In this document: positions 25,210 through 39,005 of the stretch, piece by piece
Layout of the letters: the number at the start of each line of letters is the position of its first letter
How positions within the stretch are numbered: the stretch's first letter is position 1
NCBI GenBank assembly: GCA_002633005.1
Contig: NMRA01000077.1
Span: 682,001 to 746,000 of the forward strand
Reading direction: 5' to 3'
Source of the DNA: Phoronis australis
Lineage: Eukaryota; Animalia; Phoronida
Length of the DNA stretch: 64,000 nt
Made by a program: the position numbers and the translations under genes
The notes under the pieces: generated by a model
Database searches by the model: none
What the model saw: only the letters and a program-made list of their open reading frames with translations
What the model was told of the DNA's origin: nothing

Positions 25210-26130
25210 AGTTCGCTTTCTTCCTCCAGGACTGAACGGAGCCGTTTTTTCCAACCAAAAATGCCTTTCTGTATTTCTTCCATTGAGATTTCCTCCCATG
25301 ACATAATTATCCTGTCATTTAACTAGTGCTCAGTTAACTCTCCTCTCATTTCTTGTTATGAGAGAGTCCCATATGGCTTAGTCTGGCATAGTCTGGCATA
25401 GTCCATTGGATTGCAGTCAGAACTGAGTGGAGGCCACTCATCTTTCTTTATAAATTTTGTTGTGGCATCCTCCAGATGAGCGTGGGTTATCTTGCTCACG
25501 TGTGAAGGAGACCTATCTTGCTGAAACACATAATTATTTCCAGGATAAAGTTGCCTGCAATCCGGGAGAAGATTTTCATCCAATAACTGCATGTATCTTT
25601 GACTGCTAACTTTGGCTCTAACAGTGTCAATAAAATGAATATTTGGTTTTCCTTCCCAGGATACTCCAGCGGAAACCATTACTTTTTGGAAAACCTGGAA
25701 GTTCATGATAGAGTCGTGATGGCGGAATTTCTTGTTTTTGTTTCCCATAAACATGATCGTTTTGGCAATTTTAGCAATTTCAAGCGTAAAGTCTTTTTCA
25801 TCAGTGAAAATGATTCTTTTCACATTCAGTGGTTGAGTAGCGGTCATGCAAGTATCAGCATGGAGTTTTTCTTTTCCTTCAAACATTTTGATCTCTCCGT
25901 GATACTCATATTCTTTTGAATGGTTTTAAATCCAGTTTTTTTTTCGCCTTTATTTACACAGAAGACTTGCTCACTTGTAAATTGTTTGCAACTTCTCTCA
26001 GAGATTTGTGATTCCCTATGATCAGGTGGATGTCAACAAAACTTGAGGCAGAAATAAGTGTTTTCAATGCGCTAGACCCTTCGTCTTTGAGATGGATTTG
26101 TCCATTGCAGCCTTATGACAAGTGTTGTTT
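25210..26130 (-). mobile_element. Decayed Tc1/mariner DD37D (maT-type) transposase
   Basis: IIFTDEKDFT...VMVSAGVS...YVFQQD-37 aa-D (WPPLSSDCNPMDY); frameshifted N- and C-terminal parts. Confidence 0.88.
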
Positions 26131-27297
26131 GGTACAAGAGTGTTTCTGGATGATATCTGTATACCCAATTGACGGATTTCATTGAAACCTAACATAGGAT
26201 ATATGTGATGATCATGCACTGGTACCGTTTTGTTTTTGACGAGGGCTTTTCAAATGTTGAGGAAGATAGATTCCGTATGATATCAAGGGAACTGATGGAC
26301 AGATTTTAATGAAACTTGCCATGACTCGGAGGTATATGGTGAGAATGCGCCAGCACTATTTGATTTTTGGGCTGATTTGACTGCTACAGCACCTCCTAGT
26401 GGCCCCTGGAAACATCATTTGTGATGCACCGTGGGTGCATGTCAATGCCCCAGCATTGCGAGTCAGTTTTTGGCATACTTTTTTAAAAAATGTACAACTA
26501 AAAATATGCCATCACTGTATCAATGCTCCAAGAACCAGCTATGCTATTTTGTGGCCTGATTTGAGTATCAGCATTGTAGAACTGAGATATGAAGGTGATA
26601 AACATATATTGACTATTTGACCTTAGAAAATAACTCTGCTTGTCTATGAATGTGTTCAGATGTGTTGCTGATTATTTCCACATGATTTCTAGAGCCTGGC
26701 CATTATGGTGACCTGTCTAACCTTGAGTTTATTTATTTCAGTGGTTGCCAAGTAGAACACAAGCTGTTTTTGAAATTTTTAACTGAAGCTTTTTTAATCA
26801 GTAGTTGTTCAAGTGTCTACACTTGTCTGATTGTCTTTCAATAGACATCTTTGCCTTATTCATGACATACCAAGTTTGCCATTTTCCAATTTCATTCGCA
26901 ATATTCCATTACAAGTTGTGTGATCTGAAATGTGTCACAATCTGCTTGGTCATACTGTTGCCACCGGTCAACTGACATTTTATTGTGTTGAGCCATGGTC
27001 ACAATCTTTTACTTCACAGCTTGAGTTTTGGACGAAATTTTAGCAGGAGTATGGCTGTTGTATTTGTATTTGATTAGAAATTCTTATTAGTTATGACTCC
27101 AACTTTAATAATTCCTTGTCAATAGCATAATTCAGATATTAAACCTTAGGTTAATAACAGTGATAGTTTTGGGAAAACCTAGGCAGTGACTTAACCTCTG
27201 TTTTGAGTTCAAGTGTGAGTGGATAGTCTTGTTTAGACATTGTACCTTTTTGGTAATTAAAGTAATTGAATGGATTTGCTGTCCATATTTTTTGAAG

Positions 27298-27412
27298 GAA
27301 GAGCTTGCCCAGCCACCTGATGACTCATCAGATGACAGCAAATATACGTCAACATTCATGAGAAACAGGAAGGCACGTGGCTCCATCTACGTGAGAAAAT
27401 CTGAGGGAGATG
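27298..27412 (+). CDS. KCNH2: ERG channel distal C-terminal exon
   Basis: tttttgaag|GAA acceptor, G|gtaagt donor; EELAQPPDDSSDDSKYTSTFMRNRKARGSIYVRKSEGD; phase 0 in, 1 out, fits neighbours. Confidence 0.75.
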
Positions 27413-27626
27413 GTAAGTTCTTTATTTCTAGTGTCTGCAGTTTTTCTAATTTCCATCAAGATTGATGTTTATCAATGTCTTACTTTTTTATTTTAACAAA
27501 TTGAATGTTAGGCGTTTTAAAACATTTTTTCCTACTCCTTTCAGTTTTGTTGTCTCTATTCCTAAAAACCTGTTTTAAGTGAGTAAGTTGCAGCCCACAA
27601 AGTGTGGTTTGATCGAGCCATGTTAA

Positions 27627-28140
27627 GATTGTGTAGGACCGTAAAAAAAAGTTAGGGAAAATTTGGAACATTATGTCTCAAAAATGGCAGATTGAGTTGA
27701 TGTGAAACAGATACTAGACACTGCTCTCAAAAACTGTTAGGAATTGGTTTTAAATTGTTCTACTTTTGCATGAGGGACTATAAAAAGTGTTACTTTTTTG
27801 ATTTTCGTGGAAAACTGAAAAGTTGCGAGCATAAATCAAAACAAAATGATGCTTTAAAAATTTTAATTGGAGATTTCGTCATTAGCATCATTTTCGAACA
27901 AAATTTGGTTTTGTTATTTATACTGTTTTTTTGCTGTCATTGTACTTTTCTTTGTTTTGTTAAGATAGACTAAAAAGACATGATCACATGGCAAAATTAA
28001 TGGAAGAATGGTAAAAAGTCAAAAATCAAATTTTGCAAGCTTTCTGCTTTCAGAAAATATGTACTTTTTTGGAATTAAAATTATAGTTTTGTGGATATTT
28101 GACTTAATACACAGTGGTGTTGATAAGGTCCTGCATAACC
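27627..28140. mobile_element. TTAA-flanked non-autonomous element (Kolobok-like ends)
   Basis: TTAA|gattgtgtaggacc ... ggtcctgcataacc|TTAA; relatives end at ~33802 and at 56394-56769. Confidence 0.7.
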
Positions 28141-28922
28141 TTAAGCTGTATAATAATCAGTGTTGTATAGGTCATCGTGTGACACCATCTATTGTCAATT
28201 AGACAGGGACGAGATGTGTTCACTACTACACAGTGGTAGTGCTGACTCGTTGTTACGTCTGGCTATGATCCAGTGCAGACGACATAAAGGTGATGTTGTC
28301 ATCTGCTAGATGTAGATTGTGATCTGCTCCTCACTCCCAGTTAAACAGTCATCGGCTTCTCCGTGTACGTGAATGAAACAAGCTACGGTAAAAATCCTTC
28401 AAATAACGACACAATATGGCGGACTAGTGTAATGTAATTGTGTCAAGTTGCCTAACAAAAATCACTCCTATTAGAAATGTTCATTTTATAATATCAACGT
28501 AGTTGGAATTGTACAAATGTCACCAAAGAGCATTTGGTAAAATATTGAGCATTTGCAGTAGTGTTGTAGTAAGCCTTTATAAATTAGAGAAATGATTTTA
28601 GCAATTATTTGAGGAATTGTTACCGTACTTCATTTCGGACAGGGAAAGCTTGTTTTCTCATTCGACTGTAATTCTGTAACATTGAGTAAAAAAATTAACA
28701 CTTTCTCTCGTGATCAGTGTGTAACTGGGAGTTATGGGTCATTCTAACACGCATGATATTGAGCTGTGACCGTCACTGAATGACAGTTTATAAAGTACCC
28801 TCATTACCAAGGACCACAGTTTATCAACCTTTTTAAATTTCAAATTGTCATCATCTTAAATTATGTATTTTTTCAATCACATTAGGGCGTTCTCCTGTTT
28901 AATGACTTGGCCAGACATATTG

Positions 28923-29521
28923 GGCCTTTCATACTGACGTCGACATGTCGATGATTTAGGGAGTTGCGATCAGTACGAGTGGTTAACTTCAGTCCTCGAT
29001 CGAAGCTAACAGCGCCAGTTAATTTTGTTCTAAACAGGTGGATTTAATAGTGGAGCGTCGAATAATGCTACGGTGCAGTATTAATGGTCAACTTCGGTCC
29101 CATTGAAGTTATCGCCAGGTGCCACTGTTATCGTCAACAATTAAAGGGTAGTGTAGTCACTAATAGTTATTATAGTTTGCTCGAATAATCACCAATCAAA
29201 TTAAAAATAGATTTTGTGTCAGTTAGGTTATGGAAATTTTCCCAAATTGTCACAGTTTAAAAACCTTAGGATACAACACTACCTTGTGATTACTTTGATG
29301 ACCACAGCGTCACCTACCGTTTACTTTGATGACCACAGCGTCACCTACCGTTTACTTCGATGACCACAGCGTCACCTACCGTTTACTTCGATGACCACAG
29401 CGTCACCTACCATTTACTTTGATGTCCGTTAACTACCGAAGCCAGTATGAACAGTTTAGTTAAATTCACAGTTTACGTCGACGCTTTGCTCAGACCGGAG
29501 TTGAGTCAGTATGAAAAGGCC
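28923..29521. mobile_element. MITE with GGCC termini containing a 31-bp tandem repeat (29291-29423)
   Basis: ggcctttcatactgac ... gtcagtatgaaaaggcc; internal (tactttgatgaccacagcgtcacctaccgtt) x4. Confidence 0.7.
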
Positions 29522-32500
29522 TATAGAGTGGTTGTGAGTGTTGTGTGGGTGTGATAACATCTTGCTCCTTTGTTAACTGCTGAGCACAGTCTTGTCTCCT
29601 ATGACAACATGCAGGCCAATTTACTACCAGGCTTCCAAGTGTTGCACAAACCAAAAGGGACTACTTTCGACATCCAGTAGCAGAACAACAACAACGAATA
29701 AGTGATGGTAGCCGAGGTCATGTTTTATCGATTTGTCAAGAACCATTTATCAGTATTGAGACTTGTTCCATGAAAGATTTGGCTTCAGTTGGGAGTGGAC
29801 TTGAGCATGCATTAGTAACTTCATGAAGTCGAGTCATTTTCAAACTGGTTTGTTGAGTAAAGAAGAGACGCTCCTCCCACTTGTTTTGGATTCACCCAAA
29901 AATGTAAACATTATTGAGGAATGGATCCCAGCGGCCCGTTTCATTAAAAGCCACACATTCAGTCATAACTGGTTCTATGAGTAGGGCGGTCGAATTCGGC
30001 CATTTTGTTTTTGGATCGATGATTTTGTCGTGCTGAATGTCCAAGTTTAAAATTTTAACTTGTGTGAAAGTTTAAGAGAGTTATTGGAGATTTGTACAAT
30101 TATCGAACAAAAGAGAGCTGACTCTGCAACCATAAGTGCCAGAATGGGCCGTATAAGATATTGGCTACAGCATTCATCTGCCCAACTTGTTGTACTATAC
30201 AACCGAACAAGTTGGACTCAACGGGAGAACGCCATAATGAATCCGGAATGAGCACAGAAACTTAACATGAGCATAAAAATGTTAGGATTTAAAAGTGTAT
30301 ATTATATGTGTTGTCAATTCATTTGGTATTTGAAGAAGTAACTGACAAACTGTTCTTAAGTCGCTTGGTGAAGATGGTGTGCCTTGAACTTGCTGTTGAG
30401 TTATTTAGTCGTGTAGACGGCCATTATTCTGTCAACTTCTTTCTCTATCACTTGTTCCATTAATATTCCATTAGTGTGGCTTCTACTGTATTACTTTGGT
30501 TGTATCGTTTAATTTTGTGTATTTTGTATTTGCTTGCAATTCTAAGGATTTCATCAATGTCAAAACTTGTGATCATGTGCTACGCTTGTAGTGCACGGCA
30601 ATATTTCATTAAGTTGTGTCATTTTCTTGCATTTTTGCGAGTTCATTAGATCTGTGCAACGCAGGCCTTGCGTTTTAGGTGGTGAGATTTACCGTCAACT
30701 TAATCGTATGGCACATTCCTCGACAATCTTTGACACAAAAGATTTTATAAAAGACTCTATATTACTATTCATTTAGTCTTATTGTAGATCAATTAAATTC
30801 TTTATTTTTACATGATTGATGCCTTATCATACTGGTACCAAGAAGAATGTTTCAGTGGATCCATGAAGTCATGTGACAGCTGCTGTTCTCCCTCATGTTG
30901 TTTGCATGTCACTAAGTTTTCTGTGATCTCACCGGATATTTGTGAGCCGACAACTGTTTCGTAATTTCTTTGAAAAGCGAGAGCTGCACCAAAGATGAAA
31001 TTCTAGAATTGATAGCTAGCATTTTTATTTGTCAGAGGATGGCCTGAGGTCTAGTTAATAATCAAATTCTATGACACTGTATATTATACGTCTGTTGTGA
31101 GTATAATAATAATAAAAATAACGACAAGCAAGAGATATTTTGCTTCAGTCCTACGAATAGTGTAGCTACCTCAAAAGTTTGTATGTGAAGCCATTGGCTT
31201 TATAGGTGATATACCATAATACCTTTTTTGTGAACATTTGGCATGTATGATAAGGAAAAATATCCCGGACTTACTTGAGTTGAATGCAACGTTTCAAGCT
31301 TGTGCAACACCAGGGGTGTGTTGATCTTGAGGTAATACACATTCTTAGGTAATATGTATGTAAAAGACTGAATCTCATGAGGAAAAAGTTCCACTTACCC
31401 TGCTCACCATTGAGATTCCCTTTTGCTCTCAGACAACTTTTATTAAGCCTATTCATCACACTGTTTGTAGCAAAGTTCGTTTGTTGTTCTTTGCTATTTG
31501 GGGATCAAATGATAGATTGAATTTTCCCAATGTCAGCCTAAAAGTTCACTGAAGCATCAGTTCTTACAAGATTAGTTTTTAGTTGAATATGTCGATTTTT
31601 GTATATTCATATCAGAAACCAATGTGTTAGTTTATCAAAACGGAATGTTATAAGCAATTTCTGAAGGCATGCTCGCAGGTTTTTGATGGGCAATGGGGGA
31701 ACATTGCAGACAGGGCCTTCCTAGAGGTGTGGGGGTTCCCCCATGAAATTTTCCGAATTTATTCATGTTAACATGTATTTTTGTTCATTTCGGAGGTACT
31801 TATTACGATTCACGAGTTAAACTTGAACTCCCAAAAAAAAACCGCTTAAATCTTTGGTAATGATCGCAAGTACTTTGAGCCAGAACCCCCGTTAGACATG
31901 TACACGGTCATAAAAAAACTGTACCCCTGACAGGGTTTTCGACATGTGCAAATTCCTTACAAAGAACTATATAGCGCACTCAAGTCCAGCAATCTGAGAC
32001 CTGTGGTTCAATTCCCAGTTGGGGCTCCTGATTGGCTGTGTGTTTATTTGATATATTTCTCTACAGGCCAACCTCAACGTCTATAAATTAACTATATAGT
32101 TATGGTCTTCAAAAGAAACACTATTCTTGTTATACTATGGGAAAAAGTAAAATTATTTTATAAAACCACCAGAAATACTCCTTTTATGTAATTCACAGCG
32201 GTCTTCACGTTCTTCAAGCTTCCACCCTTTCGATGGCGGTCAATCCTATTTCAATTTTTTGGTTGTTTGTACTGAATGCTTGATGATAACCCTAGCTACG
32301 AATTCATGGACGATGGCCGTAGAAACGAAAGTTTCATTATCAACTTCAGCATGTGTATTACACTCAAGTAAATAACCCCGAAATGAAAAAGGGTCATGAT
32401 TCAGTGGAGGGATACAACTTGACTCATTTCTGACTGGGATTATAAATATCGTTATGGAGAACTTGGTAAAGGACTTATAACTTTCTTTATGTAAAATGTT

Positions 32501-34449
32501 GCCCTCCGTGATACACAGTAAATTTACGATTTTAAGTTTACTTTTAGAAATGTGATTGGCTGGGAGCACATTTTGGCCCTAACTGTCAGTTTCTGTAGTG
32601 CAGCTTAGAAAACTGTCAATAAGTTACTCAGGTATTGACAAAATTCACCACTCATCTTACCAGAGTTCAGAAATTTCATCGTATACTTCTCTCTGAGTCA
32701 GTTTTTAATGTCATCTTATCTTTGATGCTGGCATTTCCTCCGGGATAATTCTACACTTTCAGTCACTTTCTGACTCTCTGCTATGCCAGGTGACCTAATT
32801 TGTAAACACTGCCTCTGATGGTCACGTGACACTCGTTTTTCCGACTCCGGCACGTGCGCAAAAAAGCCTATTAATTGGTCCAGTTTTATTTTTTTATATC
32901 TATAAGTTTATTTGGTCCAGTCTTATTAACTTGCGTGATTTTCAAAACAATGACCTTCACAGAAGTGTCTTGTGCACATTACACCAGCTGTCACAACCAC
33001 CAAGAACAGTTCTAATAATATTCCAATAGCAAAATGGTATTTTTCTTTCTTCGTTGTTTGGGTCAGCCTCCAAACTTTGAAACATGGTGTCTTTGAAAAG
33101 AGCCAACGGATTTTCTCGGTGTTTGAATTTTCAGACAGGGCGATCATCCGATACGAGAAGTATGTCTCAGATTTTTGATTCATTGATTTTTTATGTGTTA
33201 CTTATGATAAGAGTCACGTTAATGTTGGAAAAGTGATTGGAAATCAGGATAATTTTCAGATTAAAAAAAAACGTTCAATTGGTTCGTTTTTTAAAAATCT
33301 CAAACACAGTTTTGAAGCAAATTAGTCAAAGTTTTGTTATCCAAAGTTTTAATTGACAGTGGCTAGTTAATTAGATATTTTGTAATAAAGATAGTATAAA
33401 AATTAAACGTTCGTGCAGCCTTAATTGCGTCACATTACTGTGTTTTTAGTAACATGTTGAAAAAAGACAGTTACATTGACAGTAAAATGACAGTATCACC
33501 AAATTGCTGATGTTCAAAAAGAACTATTCCAAACTCAGTTACATTTTTGTTTTATTTCAAGACAATTATGTACAAAACTACAGATTTTAATTCAGTAAAA
33601 GGAAATATTTTGTGAACATAGAAAGCTTGTAGAAATTTATTTTTGACTTTTACGGTTCACATGATCAGTAAAATTCAACAAAAAGGTACGTTATTAGCAT
33701 AACAATACAAACTACATACTTATACTAACTAAAAAGTTAAAATCTATAGTTATGCAAATATTTGGCCATTTAATACAGATTGTGGATAAGGTCCAACATA
33801 ACCTTATAGTAAAACAATTAATGTCTCTGAGATGTGTGAACACGTGGAAAAATAATTGGACTCCTTGTTTTGTTCATAAGCTGTATGCCTTTATGTAAGC
33901 TAAGAACTGAGTTCTGTTTTTTTTCATAAACTCACTTGGCCCGTTAGTTTGTGTTCATTTGTAGCCTAACATTGTTTTCTCTGGAAACTTCCTTGCTTTC
34001 ACCAGACTTCACAGATCATGACTTAGATTAGAGTCTGTTATGTAGTCTCTGCTTAGTTGTTTGAATATTAACTTGAGTTCTTAAAACAAGTTCTGGCAAC
34101 AAAAATCATCTTCATTTGCTATGGGGTTTCTTCTTTTTAATGTGAAAAATTGTATCTTTTTTGTGCTAATCAGTGTTAATTTTTCAAATAAAGTTGGATT
34201 ACAGATGTTGGACCGCGTGAATATGTTGTCACTTGGTGAAGCAGATCTTGTGTTAGTGTTGTGGATTGTATGTTTTCCCTGACCAAGGTCACAGATTTGC
34301 CAGTTATGGCTAATGAACCATTCATTGTAGTTGAATTGTCATTTGTTGTTCACAATATGAAAAATGAACTTTCCTATTCGTTGGTTAACATTATTTTTTA
34401 TGACTAACATGACCTCTGGTGGCTCATTCTGATTGGTCTGTTGGTGCAG

Positions 34450-34566
34450 ATGAGAAGTCAAGTGGCAGGAGACCGCGTAAGCTACGTTCTAAGGGACGTG
34501 AGGCTGAAGATAATAGACGGAGTTTGGCATACTCGAGTGATGAAGACGTCAGGCACTCGGGTGTTG
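34450..34566 (+). CDS. KCNH2: ERG channel distal C-terminal exon
   Basis: gtgcag|AT acceptor, TG|gtgcgt donor; DEKSSGRRPRKLRSKGREAEDNRRSLAYSSDEDVRHSGV; phase 1/1. Confidence 0.75.
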
Positions 34567-35185
34567 GTGCGTACAATGAGCAAGTTTCTTTCCGTTTAGC
34601 CATCTGATAAAATTAACATAATTACAGCAACTGTTATTTAATTTGGGATGTATTGATATTAACCAGTAAGTGGAAAGTTAGTGCAACTTTAAAAAAGATC
34701 AAAGCAATATAAATTAAAGCTGCATTTGTCCCTGTTTAGTTGGATAAAGACCTTTCACTCTAAAAAATCAGTGGTATAATATTCCTTATAGAGATGGGAT
34801 TCTATAATTCCAACAAGAGCGTTAAAACCATGAGTGATTGAAGGAAATGCTTAAGAGTTTATTGGGGTTTGCCAACTCTAAAATTGTGAATTCAAAAATG
34901 GCACATGTATGCATTGCCTGTGACTTGAGTTGCTAATGTATACAGAATATTATTATGATAAGGAATATTATCAGACTCATGACTTTATGGCAGTAAAAGG
35001 CCTAATTTGACTTTTGTTTTTAGGCAGCGAAATAGGGTGAAATGCAGCTTTAGATATGATTTGAAAATGTTGCTATAGGCAAAATATTAACTTTTTCGCC
35101 GTCTCGAACTAGATTTTTACTGTAATTGTCACTTTGCCTGAGTGTCAGCTTGTAGCCTCTCACATGGTAATGGTATCTGTTTCAG

Positions 35186-35332
35186 GAATACTTGAGTTTT
35201 CTCCTGAAAAAGCTGGGATGGATGTCACCCCGGCAGACTTTGCATTTAGCACGCAGAAGCGCCGCAATTATCGTGATCACCATAGGCGCAAGGATGACCG
35301 GAAACCAGGAAATACCATCAACTCATTAGCAG
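35186..35332 (+). CDS. KCNH2: ERG channel distal C-terminal exon
   Basis: tttcag|GA acceptor, G|gtattc donor; GILEFSPEKAGMDVTPADFAFSTQKRRNYRDHHRRKDDRKPGNTINSLA; phase 1/1. Confidence 0.8.
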
Positions 35333-35684
35333 GTATTCTCCTCTTAACAATCTGTTGCTTAGTTACTATTCTCTCATGTTCTTCTATTACTGTCTTACTG
35401 CTTCTTCAGTGTTCCTAATTTTCGTGGGCGTGGCTTTTTATGCTAATTACACTTGTGTGGGTGTAACCACATGTCACATGGCACAGCTTTGTGTTAATTA
35501 ATGGCTTAATTCGTGTTAAGCACATTCTGGGGCAATGTCTCTTTTACTAATTAACTTTTGTCATTGACTGCTTCATTATAAGTATCATTTAGTTTTTACC
35601 AGATGTAGTTTAAAGCAAGGCAGTGCGTGAACTATATCTTAAGCTTTGGACAAACCAGAAAATTGTCATCGTGTATATGAATTA

Positions 35685-37117
35685 TCGTATTTGCCCTAGT
35701 AAGCACACATGCCCCTATAAGTGCCCCCCCCACGGGTTTTCAGACTTCACTAAAATAAGCGCCCAGTCTATGAATGCCGTATACATGCAAAAAGTGCCTT
35801 ACCTACAGTTCTAGAATTCTACAGTGACGTCTTCAATTTATCAGTAAGATCCGACAGTCCTGAAAAAATTATTGTGCGCGGAATTCGTTGACCATGAACT
35901 TCGCCGCTATGTATTTAGCCGTGACTATACACTTCAAATTTCAAAGTTTTGCTCATCTTGCGAGGGAGATGTCCTATTATGGTCTGGCCTTTCGGAACAG
36001 ATGCAGTGTACATGTCTAAGCGATTGTATTGTATCTTTCTGGTACAGATATTCTTCCTAAACAGGAATCCAAATTTCTTTGTACACGTGAAAACCGCGAA
36101 TCGAAGACTAATAAAAACTTGACCTTTGTTAAAAGCACGTGGCCAGGAAGCGCGCACTACATTCAAGTACCTGTCATCGAAGATTAATCTTTGGGAACTA
36201 TCTATTCATGAAACGGGTAGCATAGCATCGGCAAGAAATAAGTACCCGCATTTATTTCCGAAAGTTTCTAATACCGTAAAAAACGTTTGCGTTATTTTTA
36301 GGAGGAATTATTAAATTGATCGTAATTGGTGTTTTTAAAGTCAAAATGACCCACTGATAGTAAATACTTCCGCACCCTTGTACCCCCGAATCTCCCAAAA
36401 AATAGCTGTTAGACTGTCACGCATCCAGTCACCCGGCGACTCAATGACATCGGCCTTACCGAGACAATTCTTGAACGTTTTTTAGCAGATGAGATCAACA
36501 AGTGCTAAATAAAACACGTTTGTGTTAATTTCTTTAGTTACAATGCACACCTAGATCATTACATTGCAGGCACGCGCTCGCTCACTTACACAGACGAACT
36601 TCAAAACAAACATCACGTGACAACAACATGTGTGTTTGTCCAGAGATTTTTCTAGTGTTGCGCAATACGATCTAGTGCAGATTTGGACTTAATATGCAGT
36701 TAATCCCGACTTCACAGGAACTTAAAAATGTTAGGGGCGCTATTTTGAAAACTTAAGGAGGACTTCAGGTAATTTCTTGTGTCGAAACTATATTTTTACT
36801 CAAGAATTCAAGTTGACCTATCGGCGATTGCGAGGCAGTGACGCATCAGTCGGCGAGTTTTTGCACTGGGATTTTCTGAAAAATGCTCGTAATTTAACAA
36901 CAAAGTTTGATAGCAATGCACTGCAATTTTGTAGAAACTCTGTCATAGGTTACATATGCGTCACAGAGCCTACATTTGATGAATTTTAGCTTACGATTTC
37001 ACCTGTTTCGGAAACTGGCAGGGTTTTAACCACTTTTGGGCTATAATAAGTGTCCCCCCCCCCTTCCTGAAGGAAATTTTTCCTGAGCACCTTGGGTGCT
37101 TATTAGGGCAAATACGG
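35685..37117. mobile_element. pogo/Tc1-like TIR element, copy 3 (longest), with HIRAN-like pseudogene on - strand (35819-36107)
   Basis: tcgtatttgccctagtaagcac ... gtgcttattagggcaaatacgg; - strand SSIRGFHVYKEIWIPV*EEYL / YNRLDMYTASVPKGQTIIGHLPRKMSK. Confidence 0.9.
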
Positions 37118-38424
37118 TGTGTAAATTTTCATTAGTCAAGCAAGCCGGTCTGTCTATTTCATTTTATGCACCTTTGCGCACATAAATTAGGGTTGCAGGT
37201 ACAAATCTTCCTAACATCAAACTCTTTATCCTTTCTCCTAGCAACAATAAATAGTCTTCACTTTCAGACAAGAATCAACATATTTCATTATCTTAGGCTA
37301 AATTTAGCCGCTTCACAAAATTTATTTGTGCACAACTGTAGATGTCTTTGTTTACCGTGTGTGAGATATTGTGTTACTGCTGATTTCCTTGTGCACCTCA
37401 TCAGTTGTTCCACTTTGCAGATAAACTTCGCTCTAGCCTTACTGACTTACATCATAGAGTGGGTAAGACTTAATGAAACACATGGCCTCCAGCCTACACC
37501 AGCCTGCTTGGGTCACTTACTTTGCCCACTCAGGAACAGAGTATTCCCAGGGTGTCAAATAACAAGAAACTCAAAAAATAAGGAGTGGGTGTTAAACCAA
37601 AGGCATGGTTGCTAGAAAGTGAAATTTATTAAAATACGAGATGGGCTGAATATAGGCCTTAATCTGAATGGCCGTGATGCTGTTGTCAGATTGCCTGTCT
37701 AAATAATGTCTGAGTCTTACATCAAAGGTTAATAAAAATCTTTATTATCTTTTTTACATGGCAAAAGTTTACTCATTCTGATTACTATAAAGCTTCGTTG
37801 GAAACTCATTTAGTGCCAGTTTGAAGTTAACAATGGTGGACCTTTGGTACAATGTGATGTGCCACTTTGACAACTGTGATTTCATCGTTCAGCACAGCCG
37901 TTGTGTATTTTTGCTTGACTTAAAGCAGTGCTGTTCACTCTGTTGACCATGTGTTTGTTTTGTAGTATTGTGGCTTCAAATGTTTACCTGGGACCATTAC
38001 ACATCCCAGCCTCTTGCTTAGTGTGTCTTTAATTAGCCTTATATATGTCTGTACTGTAAAATTGTATAAACGGTGCTGCATGAGTTGTTTGGTAAGAAGT
38101 ACTGAGTAATGAGTTAGCTAGTGCCCTGTATGTAGCAATACACAAAATTACAAAACTTTTATGAAACGCAGATAGGGTCCAAGTTGGTACTACAGTGGGG
38201 ATGGCCTCAGTAGAAACTGGATCTCTAACTGAACCAATCTCTTGCGGAAGAGTTGGACTCTATCGGCGTTATTCCAATTTAAGAAAGAATGCTTAATACT
38301 AAAACATTGGTTTCATACTTCATGTGTTTTTCTATGCCCTGAATCTTATTTCTTCTGTGCACATTTGGTAAATTTAGTGTAAACACTAGTTTGTTACCTT
38401 ATCGATGTTTGTGTGTAAACTTAG

Positions 38425-38543
38425 GAGCCCTGTCTACAGTCAATAACTTAATGTGTGCCGTGACGGGACATAAAGCGGAGAACAAACGAACAGAGGAGAC
38501 GGCACCCTTGTTGCAAGATGGCGCTCACAGTCCTGCTGTTCAG
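38425..38543 (+). CDS. KCNH2: ERG channel distal C-terminal exon
   Basis: cttag|GA acceptor, CAG|gtgcgt donor; GALSTVNNLMCAVTGHKAENKRTEETAPLLQDGAHSPAVQ; phase 1 in, 0 out. Confidence 0.75.
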
Positions 38544-39005
38544 GTGCGTGTCTGTAAATGGATTGATTTTTAGCTCTCATGATTTGTCTGAAGTAAGGAA
38601 GTTAACAGGTATACAGTTGTTTCAATGGCTATAGACAACCAGTAGGTTGCGATAAAACGAATGTGCAAAAGTTTTGAGGAGGACTTTTCATTTCAGTTTT
38701 CATTGATGAGAAAGAAAGGGAAATTTTGAACTTGTTTCTTATCTTAGACTCTTGAGGCCAGATGCTATCACAGATTAGAGTATGGTAGTCCATTTACAGA
38801 GGGCAAAAAGGGAATATAACATCTTGACTTTTAAGGCAACTCTTATGCTTGCCTTAGGTTCCACAAAAGGTATCGGACCATTAACCCTTTTTTAATGGTT
38901 AATTCATGTTGTGAGTGTATGGTGAAAGAGTCGCATTATTGTATGCAAGTGTATGGTGAGGGAAGAGTGTTATTGTACCGTCCCTTGTTTTCTTTGTCCT
39001 TTCAG

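Noticed and set aside
30060-30251. 63-aa ORF in the ERG intron
   Set aside because: No compatible splice sites or recognisable motif found
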